A program made the translations under genes and the position numbers. Below the pieces are notes generated by a model that did not search any database, was not told the DNA's origin, and worked only from the letters and a program-made list of their open reading frames with translations. From Guillardia theta CCMP2712 (taxonomy: Eukaryota; Protista; Cryptophyta), in assembly GCF_000315625.1 (NCBI RefSeq), contig NW_005434618.1, forward strand, positions 382,155 to 446,154: a DNA stretch of 64,000 nucleotides, given 5' to 3'. This document shows, piece by piece, positions 45,201 through 58,700 of the stretch. Each line of letters opens with the position of its first letter. Positions within the stretch are counted from its first letter, which is position 1.

Positions 45201-46706
45201 TCACAAGTGCACATAAGAGCCATTGGACCCTCGCCCTCCATCCTCCTTCCCGGCCATCCCCCCACGACCTGCTGACCTGCTCGGACTCGCGGGCACGGCA
45301 AGGGGCAGCGGCTTAGTCCCGCTGTCACGGTTCCCCTGTGGAACCATGCTTCGCCCGTCGCCTGCTGCTCTAGCACGAGAGCAACTGAGGTCGCTCAGTC
45401 CTCCTACCATCAAGTCCCTCATGATACTCCGCGTGCTCCACCCGGTTGTCTCCTCTGCTGATCTTCGCTGTTCTTGCCCTCTCTGAGGACTCGTAGAGCT
45501 TGTGCTGCTTGAACCCGCCCAGGTCTTCGAGACGCCCACGAGACTCGCTCCTTCTTTCCTTTGATGCACATTGAGCTTGAGGTTGAGCATGCTTCTTGGA
45601 TCTTGTGACGCAGGTTCTCTATCCTCGAAAATGGAGAAATGCGATCGTTGGTGTAAACTCGTGTCGTAGGCGGGAGCAAAACCAGCAGCTCCATGCAGTT
45701 TGTTCGTTCCCCCTGAGCTGGGGAGCCGAGGGAAGAGCTCGTCGATGTCGGGCAGGAGGCCCGTGTAGGACTGGAACTCCAACCTGGTGCCATGTACCCG
45801 GAGTTTGGAGCTCTTGTCCAGCATGAAAATTCTGTCTGCCGGGATCCCCACGGCCTTGTAAGCAATTGCGTCAGTCTCGTGGTTGCCGAAGCCAGCGACG
45901 AACACGCTGGTTTCAGTGCCGAGTCTCGAGCCCTTGCGGGCCTCGTCGAAGAGCTCTCTTATCTGCTGCAGCACTCCGACCTTGAAGACCTCATGCTTCG
46001 CCTGCAGCGCCTTCATAGTCCCGCACGCTTGCGTGATCAGCGGCCCCTCCGGCAGCGTCGAGTCGCCTACACGTCCAGCAGTCGCCAGAAACTCGCGGGT
46101 GCGGTCGGCGAGGGTGATGGGGCGGGCAGTGAGGAAGAGGAGGACGTAGCCCGCCTCACCTACGGCCGTCAGGAACTCTCGCACACCCTCATGCGTGTAG
46201 TCTGCGGTGAAGGCAGAGCTGAGGTCAGGGGCCCAGGGGTTGGAGGAGGTGAAGGCGTTGGAGAGGAACGAGGCCGTTCCCTGGATCTGCGAGGCCACCA
46301 ACCCCCGCACGTCTGACCGTGTGATGGTCCCGTCAATGTCCACAACCACCAGACGGTCGGTCTCGTCCAGCAGCCACAAGCTCGCCGAACACACGACGGG
46401 GTCGGAAGTCACTTCCAGGAGGTGAAACTCAATGAGGTTCTTGCCCTTGGTCAGCGGGATGGTCGACAAGACCTCGCTGCGGGGACGGAGGTCGCCACCG
46501 GGAAACTGAAAGCAACCCTGCTGCTGGTTGTTGAGCATCTTGAGCTCTGTGTCGCACTTGTTCACGTGGATCGACACCCAGGCGGTGGAAGAGATGGACT
46601 TGTTTGGCAGCAGGTTGAAGTCTGAGCAGCGGATCTTCCCGTCCTTGCGGATGAATGCGATCACGTCCGTGGCATGGAGCTGAGCCAAGCCGGTCACAAG
46701 CTCCAT
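45201..46706 (-). CDS. Lipin/LNS2-family phosphatidate phosphatase, intronless
   Basis: LVVVDIDGTITRSD (DxDxT), YTHEGV, FLTAR, LPEGP and FVAGFGNHETDAIAYKAVGIP. Confidence 0.9.
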   Translation of the reverse strand: MELVTGLAQLHATDVIAFIRKDGKIRCSDFNLLPNKSISSTAWVSIHVNKCDTELKMLNNQQQGCFQFPGGDLRPRSEVLSTIPLTKGKNLIEFHLLEVTSDPVVCSASLWLLDETDRLVVVDIDGTITRSDVRGLVASQIQGTASFLSNAFTSSNPWAPDLSSAFTADYTHEGVREFLTAVGEAGYVLLFLTARPITLADRTREFLATAGRVGDSTLPEGPLITQACGTMKALQAKHEVFKVGVLQQIRELFDEARKGSRLGTETSVFVAGFGNHETDAIAYKAVGIPADRIFMLDKSSKLRVHGTRLEFQSYTGLLPDIDELFPRLPSSGGTNKLHGAAGFAPAYDTSLHQRSHFSIFEDREPASQDPRSMLNLKLNVHQRKEGASLVGVSKTWAGSSSTSSTSPQRGQEQRRSAEETTGWSTRSIMRDLMVGGLSDLSCSRARAAGDGRSMVPQGNRDSGTKPLPLAVPASPSRSAGRGGMAGKEDGGRGSNGSYVHL

Positions 46707-47225
46707 CGTTCAGTCAGGCAACGCAAACAAGTGTCAGCAGATGGAGCCCAAGAACATGTAAGGCTTCGCCCTTGTCCTTCCTGCTCAAAACGCAAAGAGA
46801 AATGATGGCTGGAGAGGAAGTACCATGAAAACTTGAAGATACATCCCTCTTGAACACGAATTATGGTGTTTGCAACCAAAGTTGTCTGACATTCGTATAC
46901 CCTACGTGATGTTGTTCTCCGAGAGCCAGTATTTGAACCACAGAGTGCTGCTGCTCCTCCTCGCTCGAAGCTTCTTCTCTTCTCTTCTCTTCTCTTCTCT
47001 TCGCTTCTTCTCTTCTCCCTCCTGCTCCTATTTTATCTCGACTGTCTTTATTAGGTTTTAAACATTTGTGACTAAAAGCTATTTACCAATACGAGGTACA
47101 AACGTATATCGCTGTGGTACTGATACTAAATTTATGTTATATCCTTGTAGTATTGTTCCATGGGATCTATAATCATATTTTAAAATTGTAGAATTGCACA
47201 ATTCGGGAGAAATAGCTCGAGCGTC

Positions 47226-48030
47226 ATGGCAGTGAGGAGGAGGAGGGAGCAGGCGGAAGAGCGACCAGCAGAAGGTGACATGAGCTCCTGAACTCTTCCT
47301 CCTCCTGGCCTTGCTGACCTTCTTCATCTTCCTTCTCTTGCTGACATTCTTGATCTTCCTCCTCCTCCTCCTCCTCCTCCTGACCTTCCTAATCTTCTTG
47401 ATCTCCTTCTCTTCCTAATCTTCTTGATCTCCTTCTCTTGCTGTCTTTCCTGCTCTCCTTCTCTTTCTCTCCCTTTGCCGTGCAAGACTTTACCCTCGCC
47501 AATTGAACTGTCTTCCGTTCATGATTGTGTGATGCTTGTGGCTTCTACAGACTTCATTGTTTAGTTCAAGTTCTGACGTCTCCACAGAACAACTGGATTT
47601 ACCCAACCCACTCACCCTTCGGGCGGTTGGAAAGATATTTCAGAGGAGGTGGATTGTTCCAGCTGCAGTCATTGCTGTCTGTTTGTTTGTACATGTGTCC
47701 GGAATCTTCTCGGATGACGTTGGAGGAGGAGTCAACCCGGCGGCCTTCAATTTCTCGGAGAAGCTCGTCAAGCCTCTTCAGTATGCCCGGTATGGCTTAG
47801 CTGGCGGCGCCATCTTCGCGAGTGTCATGTGGGTCCTCGTCGTCTCTCTTTCCGACAAGGCCGAGGGGAAGCCGACAGGACCGTCGGAACACTGGGCACA
47901 GAACGACGCGATGCTCCTTGCTGTGCTGCTGGGGCTCGGCATGGCAACAGGAGCAGTCTGTGCCTTCGCTGGGTACGCCATCTGGGACATTCTGAGCCAG
48001 AACTTGATGAAGCCGCCGGTCGGAGGATGA
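47226..48030 (+). CDS. Hypothetical membrane protein with ~3 hydrophobic segments
   Basis: Short first exon from ATG 47226; main exon has WIVPAAVIAVCLFV, LAGGAIFASVMWVLVV and MLLAVLLGLGMATGAVCAFAGY. Confidence 0.55.
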
Positions 48031-48055
48031 GGGTGAGGCGAGTGACTCGCTTGTC

Positions 48056-49227
48056 CTAAGAGGAGTCGGCAGCGAAGAACTGCTCGATACTCTTGACGAA
48101 GAAGGAGCTCATGGCTTGCAAGGACTCAGTCGTTACTCCAGCCACATGCGGCGTGAGCTCGACGTTAAATCCTTCCTGGCGAAGTTGCTCCAACTCCTTC
48201 AGTCCACTCTGATCCCCCTCGTCGTCTATGAAAGGCTCTGCATGTTTCAGTCAGCAAAGATCTTGTGATATCACTGCCATGCTCTACAACCTTTCCAAAA
48301 CACGTCCAGCCCGATGCCTCCTAGTCTCTTCGCTCTCACAAGCTCTAAGAGCTCTTTGCGGTTCACGATGCCTCCCCTTGCCACGTTTACGACGAAAGCA
48401 CCAGGGTTGAGGGCGAGCAGCACGGAGCGGTCGACGAGGTTGAGTGTGTTGGCAGAGAGCGGGCAGCAGACAATCAAAATGTCGCGATCCCTCGCCATCT
48501 CCACCAGTCCCGCTTGCCCCGAAACGGTGAAGCTGCCGGCTCCTGACACCATCGCCCGATCCCCTGCCGGCCAGTCGCCGCACCGAAACGCGACGACATC
48601 GGCTCCCAGGCACGTCAGTCGCCTTGTGATCTCCTGGCCGAGCCCTCCGAAGCCGACCACCAGCGCTCTCTTGGAGTGAATGGTTGTCCCCGCCGGAAGG
48701 CCCAGCAGCCTCTCCTCGAGCGATGCTCGCATGGCCCTCGGGTTCCTCATGATCGACATGAGCAGATAGATCGCATGCTCTGCCGAAGAAATGGCGTTGG
48801 CTGACTCGCCCGCGGGGATGTTCCTCACAGCGACGCCATGCCGCTCGGCTGCGTCCTTGTCCACCCCCTCGAGACCTGCTCCGAACTGATGGATCAGCTT
48901 CACGCCAGACCTGCTGGCTGTCGCCACCAGGCTCGCGTCGATCCTCGTCATGAGAGGAACCACCACATCCACCGCGTGTGACGCCATCTCCTCCTCGAGC
49001 CCAGCTCGATCCGACGCCAGCAGGTTCCACGTCGGCCTCCTCGAACGCGTGGCATGCAGCGAGAGAGGAAAGTCTCGACCGCAGAAGAGGATGGTCAAGC
49101 GAGCATGGCGGGAAACCTGGTGGCCCCGGGCGATGCTGCTGCCGCTGCATCTCCACCGCCTCGTCGCCTCTGCACGGCGAACAGCCAACAATATAGGCAT
49201 GCTCGCATGGCTAGCGAACCTGCTCAT
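48056..49227 (-). CDS. D-isomer-specific 2-hydroxyacid dehydrogenase
   Basis: GAGLEGVD, SSAEHA, LVVGFGGLG, VVNVARG and GLDVF; after one intron, LTPHVAG. Confidence 0.9.
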
Positions 49228-49299
49228 TGCTAACTGTCTGGCAGGGGGCTGCACTGGAAGAACAGCGCTTCTAGATGGGGTGTAGCAGGTGGAAAAGGG

Positions 49300-49710
49300 A
49301 ACAAGAAGAACAAGAAGAGAACAAGAAGAGAACAAGAAGAGAACAAGAAGAGAACAAGAAGAGAACAAGAAGAGAACAAGAAGAGAACAAGAAGAGAACA
49401 AGAAGAGAACAAGAAGAGAACAAGAAGAGAACAAGAAGAGAACAGAACAAGGAGAGAACAAGGAGAGAACAAGGAGAGAACAAGAAAAGAACAAGAAGAG
49501 AACAAGAAGAGAACAAGAAGAGAACAAGGAGAGAACAAGGAGAGAACAAGGAGAGAACAAGAAAAGAACAAGAAGAGAACAAGAAGAGAACAAGAAGAGA
49601 ACAAGGAGAGAACAAGGAGAGAACAAGAAGAGAACAAGAAGAGAACAAGAAGAGAACAAGAAGAGAACAAGAAGAGAACAAGAAGAGAACAAGAAGAGAA
49701 CAAGGAGAGG
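49300..49710. repeat. 11-bp minisatellite (gaacaagaaga)n
   Basis: Direct reading. It inflates several overlapping ORFs in the track. Confidence 0.95.
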
Positions 49711-49878
49711 AGAGATCAAGGAGGAGGAGATCGAGGGATCGAGGGAGCTAGGATGGTTCGAAGGTGGAGAAAGGTGGCAACAACTCAGGGGGGGAACGGG
49801 TGATTGCCGTGCTTCCTTCATCCTTCTCTTTGCTCCATGTGTGTCGGTGCGGTGACAAGACAGGGTATGACAACACTG

Positions 49879-52800
49879 CTAGATGAGCTCAGAGCTCGCT
49901 CCTCGTCGTCCTCCTTCAGCGCGTCCTCGTCCTCCCCCTGCGAGTGGAGAAGTTCCGTGGGTTCCTGGATTGAATATGCACGCCGTCTGATATTCCATGG
50001 CAGGAAAACAGTGGAAGAGAGAGGGGACGACGGGATTGCCGATGATGATGAAGTGGAGGACGAGGATATGCATCTCGAGACTGACTGTGCTGCGTCCTTA
50101 GACTTGGTTGTTCTCTGTCAAGACGGCCATGACGACGTCTGATATCGCTAAGATGGGGTTCACCAACATCGTGAGCAAGGAGGCAGCCCTGGACAAGGTT
50201 GACAGAAGCTGCAGATTCTCTTGGATGCGAATCGATGGCGGAGTGAAGGAGAGGCTGACTTGCTGACGTCAGCGGCTGCGGCTGCTGCCGATGTCTTCTA
50301 CTGTTTTGGGATGAAGGAAGCTATCCCTTCCTTGTCCGCCTCCCACAGGCAGCAGCTTCGGGACCAACTCGTGTGCTCGTTCTGCGGTCAGCAGCTGCTC
50401 TTGCCGCCATGACCTTGTGAAGCGCGAGGCAGGCAGGGGAGACCTTCTCGTCATCCTCCAGAACGCTGGGCTGCCGGATGAGAGCGAGCCCGGAATGGTG
50501 AGCGCCAGCCGCCGCTCGCCGTTGGCTGAGGAGGAAGCAGGTGATGGTGGGGCGACTGGTTGATGCCATCGAGTCGGCGTACAACGAGGCGTCGGAGAGG
50601 ATGGTGAGGTGGGCGGCTGCTGGAGGTGAGAAGTGAGTTGGTGTGACAGGTGGAGGACATGGCGGGAGTCAGGTGGAAGGGAGGAGGAGGAGGAGACTCG
50701 ATCTGACAGGTTGCAGTGTCGTGTTGGAGTCTTGCTCGCTCCCTGTGCTGTCCGTCTCGTGGGATGACGAGAGACAGCGGAAGATCGAAGTCACGTCAGC
50801 ATGACAGGCAGGGAGCGTAATCTGTTCGCTTGCTTCATTTGTCGTCAACCAGCACCCAAGTCTCCAGTGACCCGAACTTGTCGTTGGCCATGCTCTTACT
50901 CCTCTCCTCCTCTTCCTCCAACCCCAACACCCTCGCAGGTCTCGCGTACCTCCGATAAACGTCCACCTGGATGAAAGCTGAGCTGTAGGGAGAAAGGGGA
51001 GGGGAGCTAGAGACCTCGGGTCCTTCTTCGCGCGTGAAGGCATAGAGGCTGGTCTGAGGCAGGTGGCAGAAGCAGCTCAGTCGCTCCTCTTGCTGGCTGG
51101 TCTTGGCATCCACAGCTGACTGTAGGTCCAAGTAGTTGGTGTAGTTCCGGTCAGCAGGCACGTCCACGAGCTGCTGGAGGAGCTGCTGGAAGGAGCGGCT
51201 GCTCCTTCTCTTGCTGCGACTGCGAGGGGAGGACGCGAACAAGTCCGGCAGGTCCTCCGGGAGCTGCACCAGCTGCGCCACCTGCTGTGAACTGCAGACT
51301 TTGACCTGCACGCTCGTGAGCTCGTGAGCCGACTGCCACGTCAGCACCTGCGCTCCTTGCGGGGAATACAACCAGTCGTACTTGCCCAACGCCCCTTTAT
51401 GCGCAAGTCAGAGAGGAAGAGAGAGGGAGGCATGAGACCTCTGCTCCTGGAGGGAGCCTTCTTATCCGCCTCTTCCTCGTCCTCCTTCATCGAAGAACTG
51501 CAGGGAAGATCACTGGAAGCAGCGTGTCTTCTCTTTGCCTCACAGCGGCTCCACAGATGGGCTTGAGGTCATGAAGGGAGCGAGGACGGGAGTGAGAAAG
51601 CGAAGAACGCTTCCCTGGGCACAAGTGACTTAAGTAGTAATAGGAGGAAGAGGAGGGGTGGGCGGTGGGGGGGGGCGGGGATGAATCCTAGCTCACATGT
51701 GAGCTCTTTTCCGAGGCGCCGGTCTGCACTTCTGACCCCATAGATTCTGCCGGGCGAGATCACAGGAGAAGCAGAGGAGGAGCGCACGTACCTGTGCTCC
51801 TCCTTGCGCTGTCAGCCGATCGGGAGCTGATGAAGCTCAGGTCTCGCCTATCCTGGTCGCAGTCTCGCGCACGAAGAGGAAGGAGGTGGCTGGACATCCG
51901 TCAGGGCAGAACGAGTGGGGAGGACGCGACTTGAGCTTGAGTATGTCGTCGAATGACGTGAGCCCCTTCGTTTCATGCGAGGAGATGAAGGAGAGAGCTG
52001 CGGGGGCTGAAGTGAAAGGCGGGAGGGAGAAGACGACATCTCACCTGGAGGATTTGAACGAGGAGGAGGAGACGGTTGGACTTGCTGCTGCGAGGCCTCG
52101 TGCTCTCCAACAGCTCGTTGCATCCAGTGGGTGTGGAGAGGAACGAGGGAGTTGGAGAGAAGCTTGTTGAAGAACCTCCTCCTCTGGTGCTCGTAGTCAA
52201 GCTCCTCCATCTCCACGTCCCACTGCCGCTTCCATTAGCATCTCACAAGAGCGAGAGGGGAGGAAAGCGAAGGAAAGCAAGGAGGGAGAAGGGGGCGTCA
52301 AGGAAGAGGAGGACGAGGAGGACGAGGAGGAGAAGGAAATTGAGACCAGCTGCGTTCGATATAGATCTGGTTGGAAGATTCCATGGAAGAGATCCATGGC
52401 CTTCTGTTTGTCTGAATCTGTGAAACTGTTCTTGTAATACCTGCAACGCTTTGAACCACCCTGCCACCACAACCAACACCACCACAACCAACACCATCAC
52501 AACCACAACCACAACCACAACAACCACAATCACAACCGCCAAAACCACCATAACCACCATAACCACCATAACCACCACCTCCTCCTCCCCTCCTCTGTAC
52601 CCTATCTTCGTCCATCTATCTCAAACTCTGTGCTTTGGACTCCTCTCCCTCCCTGACTTCGTCTCTTCACCTGTTAATGCTGACCATGATCGACTTCAGC
52701 TTGGCCTGTGCCCCAGTTCCTGACGGCCCTCCTTTCTTCTGAGCGTCAGTTCCCGCATACTGCTTCCTCCGTCAGCGCTCCTCCTCCATCTTCCTCCTCT

Positions 52801-52935
52801 TTGCCTGCTGTGCGATGCTGTTCCCCATCATGGTGTAGAGGTCGATCAGCTGCTGGCTGGCCAGTCCTGCCCCTGAGATGCTCTCCTCTGTCCAGTGACC
52901 GAGAGCTGCAAGCTGTTTTCTGACATGAAGGTGAG

Positions 52936-52977
<42 letters not shown>

Positions 52978-54838
52978 AAGGACAAGGATAAGGACGAGGA
53001 TGGAACAGGAGCAAGGGATACTCAGAGAAGCTGGGACAAGGAGGCGAGAAGCTCACGAGAGAGCGATGCAGCCCACGTGAAGTTGGCAGATGTTGGTTCT
53101 GTCCAGACAATCGACACAGTTGGTCCGCACCACTCCCTGCTGCTGAGTCTTGACTTGATGAGTGGCGGGCAAGGTGGAAGAGGGTGAGGAGGGAGATGCG
53201 CAGGACAGGAAGAAGGAAGTGGTTTCGATGAGACGCCTGCAATCATCTTCAGCTCTCGTTTTCCTCTTCCTCATCTCACTTTGCTAGCTTGGTCAGCGCA
53301 TCACTGAGGGAGTCAGACCCTTGCTTCTTGTAGCTCGAAAAGTCCAGACGGACATGGTGGAGAAAATCCCCACTTCCTCCTCCTACCCCACTTCCTTCTC
53401 CTCTATCTCCTCCCTCTCCTCCTCGTTCGTCTTCGCTCTCTTTCCTTTCTTCCCCCTGGAAGGCTCGAGGGGTCTGATAGTCCCTCACTCCCTCTTGCAA
53501 CACGCGAATCGCATTGGCGAGTTCGTCTCCGAGTTTCGTCTCGCGCGGCTTCTTCTCCGTCTGCTTCACAAGATCCACCGCATGCACGGGACGCCCGTAC
53601 CTCTCCAGTAGCGAACTACAACATCATCACCTTTCGTCTGCCTTCCCTCCTTTTCCCCTCCTCCTGCCCCCCCCCTCCTTCTCCCCCTCTTCCTTGTGTC
53701 AGCAGCAGGCACCTGAAGTGAGCAGCAGTCGCATGATACATGCAGTCAAAGCGGTGCAGCTCGATGTCAGGCTTGGGCACCATGGCGTCAGTGACCTGAA
53801 GGAGCTCAGCTGGGAGGGAGCAGCCACCGAGCAGACCTGCGACCAGAAGAGAGGGACGGATCCTCGGACTTGAACGTAGGAGGAGCAGGAGAGGCGGGAG
53901 GTGAACCCTTGCTCACACACGATCTGCTCTGTCTCCACCTCGTTGGCCACAAACCCATCAAGTGTCGCTCCTCGCTTGAGGTAGCGCGTCCCAGCAAAGC
54001 AGCGTGACCGCCGGGCAATCAACGTCAGCCTCATTTGCCGCGAGACGATGACGACGGTTCGCTGCTCAAAGAAGCCATGGATTAGGCGCGTGGCCCAGGG
54101 CTTGTGGTGCAGCATGGAAAGAAACCCTCCTCCCTCCAGCAGCTGATGGTTCCAAGTGAACATCTTGCTCGCCTCTCCTGCCACGCGACTGCACGCATAT
54201 GGGAGGCCTCCAAGGTTAGTCTGCAGAGTCTTGGTCAAGTCGTAGGAGCAGCTGAAGAAGCAGTCCTTCATCACGTCGTTCTCACTCATGTACCGCAGGT
54301 ACTTCTCTTCTTTCCTCTTGACCTCTGCCCCCAAAGAAACAGCAGAGATGGGAAGGTATCGAACTTGCTCGACCGCGAAGACTTCATGCCCGCATATGTC
54401 GCCGACGAGCCTTCGCTTCTCGATCACTGCCATGTAGTACAAGTCCACAAACTTCACGAAGCCCAGCACCCCGTAGCACCCCATCACCTTCTTGAGCCCC
54501 ACCAGACCCGGGAGGTTCAACAAGCGCTCGATGCGCTCTCGGCAAGCGTCCCGGTCGAATGTCTCCCGCTCCTCTCTGATCACTAGCTGCTTCTGCGACC
54601 TGCTGATGACCAGTAGCCGGAACACGCCTCCCCTCGCGTCGCCTCCCAGAACCTCTCGATCACTGGCGGGCTCCTCCTCTTCCATCGCGCCGGTTTCCCT
54701 CTGGCGTCCATCTCTGTCCTGCTCCTCTCTCATTCGACGAGAGAGGCCCACCATCACCATCGCCTCCCTGCTCTCGTACACCATCACCTCCTCCATGGTC
54801 GCCTCACCACCTCGACGAGGCGGGCCCACAGTCGACAT
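49879..54838 (-). CDS. FIG4: SAC-domain phosphoinositide phosphatase, FIG4-like, multi-exon (3' end approximate)
   Basis: RRSRCFAGTRYLKRG, VANEVETEQI, SYVQVRGSVPLFWSQ, catalytic RTNCVDCLDRTN, LYTMMGNSIAQQY and YYKNSFTDSDKQKAMDLF. Confidence 0.85.
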
Positions 54839-55335
54839 ATCGCTGCTAGCACGGGCCCGGTGCCGTTCGTCCTGGTCCGGCACATTAAATGAAATATTGA
54901 AATTCTATGATGAATTTTGAAAATTCTATATGAAATGTTTACGGGAGGGATTGTATTATGCCTCATGGAAACTAGTAACAGGGTTCAAATTTACTTAGGG
55001 AATTTGAAAACAGAGGGCTAAAATCGTTTTAAGCTGCAACACCGCTTTCATGGTGTATGGCGACTCCGGGAGGGAGGGAGGGAGGGAGGGAGGGAGGGAG
55101 GGAGGGAGGGAGGGAGGGAGGGAGGGAGGGAGCAAGTGATAGAATGATAAGAGAGAGAAAGAGAGACAGAGAGATAGAGATATAGACAGAGATGGAAGTA
55201 GTGACGAAAGGGTTCATTGGTGCAGGATATGAGAATGGAGATAGGACAGGGCAGGACAGGCGGTAGGGTTCGGGAGGGAAGGAAGGCAACAGAATTCGGC
55301 TGTAGGAGGAGATGTAACACATAGGTGTGAAGGGA

Positions 55336-55658
55336 AGAGTAGAAGAGAGGAATCTGCATTGATAGAGGAGAAGAGAGGTGTATGCATTGATAGAGGAGAA
55401 GAGAGGTATCTGCATTGATAGAGTAGAAGAGAGGAATCTGCATTGATAGAGGAGAAGAGAGGTGTATGCATTGATAGAGTAGAAGAGAGGTGTATGCATT
55501 GATAGAGGAGAAGAGAGGTGTATGCATTGATAGAGTAGAAGAGAGGAATCTGCATTGATAGAGGAGAAGAGAGGTGTATGCATTGATAGAGTAGAAGAGA
55601 GGTATCTGCAGAAGAGAGGTGTATGCATTGATAGAGTAGAAGAGAGGTGTATGCATTG
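55336..55658. repeat. 28-bp minisatellite, ~11 copies
   Basis: Unit gcattgatagag(g/t)agaagagagg(tgtat/aatct). Confidence 0.95.
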
Positions 55659-55783
55659 GAATACTTTATCCATGTGCATTTTGTTGTTGCACCGAATCCA
55701 TGGTGATGTGAGTAGTAAAAGCCATATGATGGCAAGGGATTTGGTTTTCCTAGAAGCTGTTGTGACTGATTCGGTTCTAGAGC

Positions 55784-58700
55784 ATGCAGATTCTTGATAG
55801 CTTGGGTTTGCACAAGACGAGTACGTGGCCTACCCTGCTGCTGGCATGTGTCGCTGGAGGTATCTCGTCTGCCTGCTCTCTGAGGGGTTTGACTTTGCTC
55901 CAAGTGTCTGCCTATCAGACGATCCCGCGCTTCCCTGGCGCTGCCCTCGTAAGACTTCCATGCCTGAACATCAAGTGCTTGTAACCCGCTCTCGCAGTCT
56001 CGAGGCCCAGCATGCGGGTACCGGTCGGCCCATCAGCTAACACGTGCTTGAGGAGTCGTGCGTGCATCTTGTTCTGACTTGAGCGACAGCTCTGAGGGGG
56101 TTTTCGACCGAGTCCAGGAGGTCGGGAGGAGGTCACGTGAGACGGGGAGGGAGCGACTGAGTCCTTGCAGGGTCGGGCCGAACCTGAGTAAACGATGCAT
56201 GCAAAGGTGGAAGGAGATCAGGTTGTGGGGTTGTGGAGGTGACAAGGCGACTGAAAGTGTGCGGGGAAGAACTGGAGTCGCCATGATGCAAACCAACGAC
56301 AAGACCGAGACAGACCGAAGATTGGTGAGCGGATTGATCTCTGCGACAACGTTTGACGTTTGACGATTGACGTACCCCAGCAATCTGAAGATGAGAACAG
56401 TCTGGTGAAGAAGCAAGCCTCTATCTCTCCCCTCGCTCATCCTCACTTTAGGAGAATGCAAAGTTTCAGAGCTACCAAGGAGAAATTTTCTGCAACCGGT
56501 TGGTTACCTGATCAGATCCCTTAGATCTCGTGATGTTGATCGGAATGACATGCAATGTGATGAGTTCGTGTCGATGGATCAGAGTCGAGGGTCAGAATGA
56601 CTCACTTTGATTCGCTCGATGCGTTTCTTTCATCTTCTTCTTTGGGGTTTTCTGCACAAATTGACCTGCGTATCCTTGATATCCTTGTCTCGGAAGCCTT
56701 GTGTCGCACGGGAACTGACGGCTTGATCAGAGCATTGAACATGAAGAGAATCCGTGCGATCGGGTTTGATATGGATTACACTCTTGCCCAGTACATACCG
56801 GAGACGTTTGAGATCCTGTGCTGCATGCTTGTGCTGGTGTGACCTGCTGATCCGCGACCAGTGCGATCCATGGAGCGCTGGAGAAGCTCGTGAAGCACAT
56901 GGTGAGCAGACGCCGACAGTGGTGCAGGCTGACGACCAGCAGGGATACCCGGAGGAGATTCTGAGCCTTCCGGAGTACGATCCGAGCATGTTCCAGCGAG
57001 GTAGGAGCGAGGAGGAAGTAACGAGGTGAAAGGAGAGTTGACTTGGTGCGCAGGTTTGATCATCGACAAGGTGGGGAGCAGGCGCGTTGCTGGAAGCGCT
57101 GACGAGACGCAGGAGAGAGGCAACATCATCAAGATGGACAGACATCACTATGTCAAGGTCGCCTTCCACGGGATGCGCGCGATGGAGAAGGTGATGGTGG
57201 TGAGAGACTCGCAAGCAGTGAAGGGATCGTGTGCAGGAGGAGAGGCTGGCGGTGTACGGAAGTCAAAGTCAGAAGGTTGGAGATGAAGCTGAGCGGGGCA
57301 TGAGTTGAGGCCCCGATACAGGACTTCTCGGACTCAGAGAACTTCGCCAACATCGACACGCTCTTCTCGCTTCCCGGTTGATGTCCGGGTTGATGCCTGA
57401 TTGTGACCTGATTGTCTTGGCAAGATGCGTTCATGTACTCTCAGCTCGTCACCTTCGTTGACGACAATCGCAACAAGTTGTGCCTGACCTCCGCCTCCTC
57501 CCCCTGTCGTCTTGTCCTCCCTCCATCCCTCGCCCAGCCTCGTCAACGTCTCCTCGTCACGCTGCTGCGGCAGGTTTCCTGGTCTGCTCTCCAAGAGCTA
57601 CAAGCAGATCTACAAGGTGCTTCTCCTCCGTTTCCGCAGGGTCTCAAGGTCTGCAGGACGTGCGAAGGAGCGTTGATCTGTGTCACCGGGACGGTGTGAT
57701 CAAGGACAAGGTCGCGCAAGACCCAGGTGAGATGCAGAGAGAGGAGGAGGAGCAGCTGAGGACGAGACAGGCAAGTACATCCAGTCAGAGCCTGGGATAG
57801 TCGACATGCTCCGCCGCTATCGCCGGTCGGGACGGAAGGTAAGGGGGAGAAGTGAGATATGGTGGGCGTGAAAGATGAGAGGCGGGAGAGAGAGGAGGAT
57901 GGAGCAGAGACCTCATTTGCTGCAGGTGTTTCTGCTGACCAACAGCTTGTGGGACTACACGAATGTAGTGATGAACTTCATCTGCGGGAACATGTTGCCG
58001 TTACTCCTGCTCCCTGCCTCTGCTGACGCCTCTCGTACAGGAAGAAGGAGGACTATACCCTCGACTGGCTCTCCATGTTCGACCTCGTCATTGTCGGAGC
58101 CAACAAGTTCGTGACCTCCCTGCCATTCCCCTACTTCCTCTTCCCTTCTCTTCCTCCCCTGAACTTCTCCTTGCGAGCTTGTTGTCTCTCTCTCTCTCTC
58201 GCTCTCCTGCTTCCCCCTCCTGTCCTTCTCAATGCTCTTCTCCTCCTCTCACTCACTGCAGACCTGCTTTCCTCGAGAACGGCAAGCTCCCGATCTTCCG
58301 GGTGCACACAGAGGATGGAAGGCTGAGCAACCTCGAGAACGGTCTCATCTCACTCCTACCCCCCCGTCCTCCTCCCCAACCAACACACCCCACCCCTTCC
58401 TCCCGCCCTCCTTCTCTACTGCCTTTCTCCCCCTCCCCCGCCCTGCTGTACCTCCATCCTCCTTCTTCCCCTCCTCCTCTTCGATTCTCCTTGACTCGGG
58501 TTGGCAGCGCTATTCGACCCGCCATCGCAGACTCTGAGGGACGGGAAAGTTTTTCAGGCGAGGCCTCAGCGAGAGCGCAAGGAAGTCGCTGAGATTCTGA
58601 CAGGGGGGGAACTTCAATCACCTTCATTACTTCATGAAGGATACAGTCAACGCGGGGGAGCAGGTGAACCCAAGCTCCTTCCTCCTCCCTCCCTACTCCT

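Noticed and set aside
49230-49855. Long hydrophobic or charged ORFs, including the apparent N-terminal extension of the dehydrogenase
   Set aside because: Produced by the 11-bp minisatellite.
55029-55903. CRISPR-like array or repeat-protein ORFs
   Set aside because: The 28-bp units are contiguous with no unique spacers, there are no cas genes and the context is eukaryotic.
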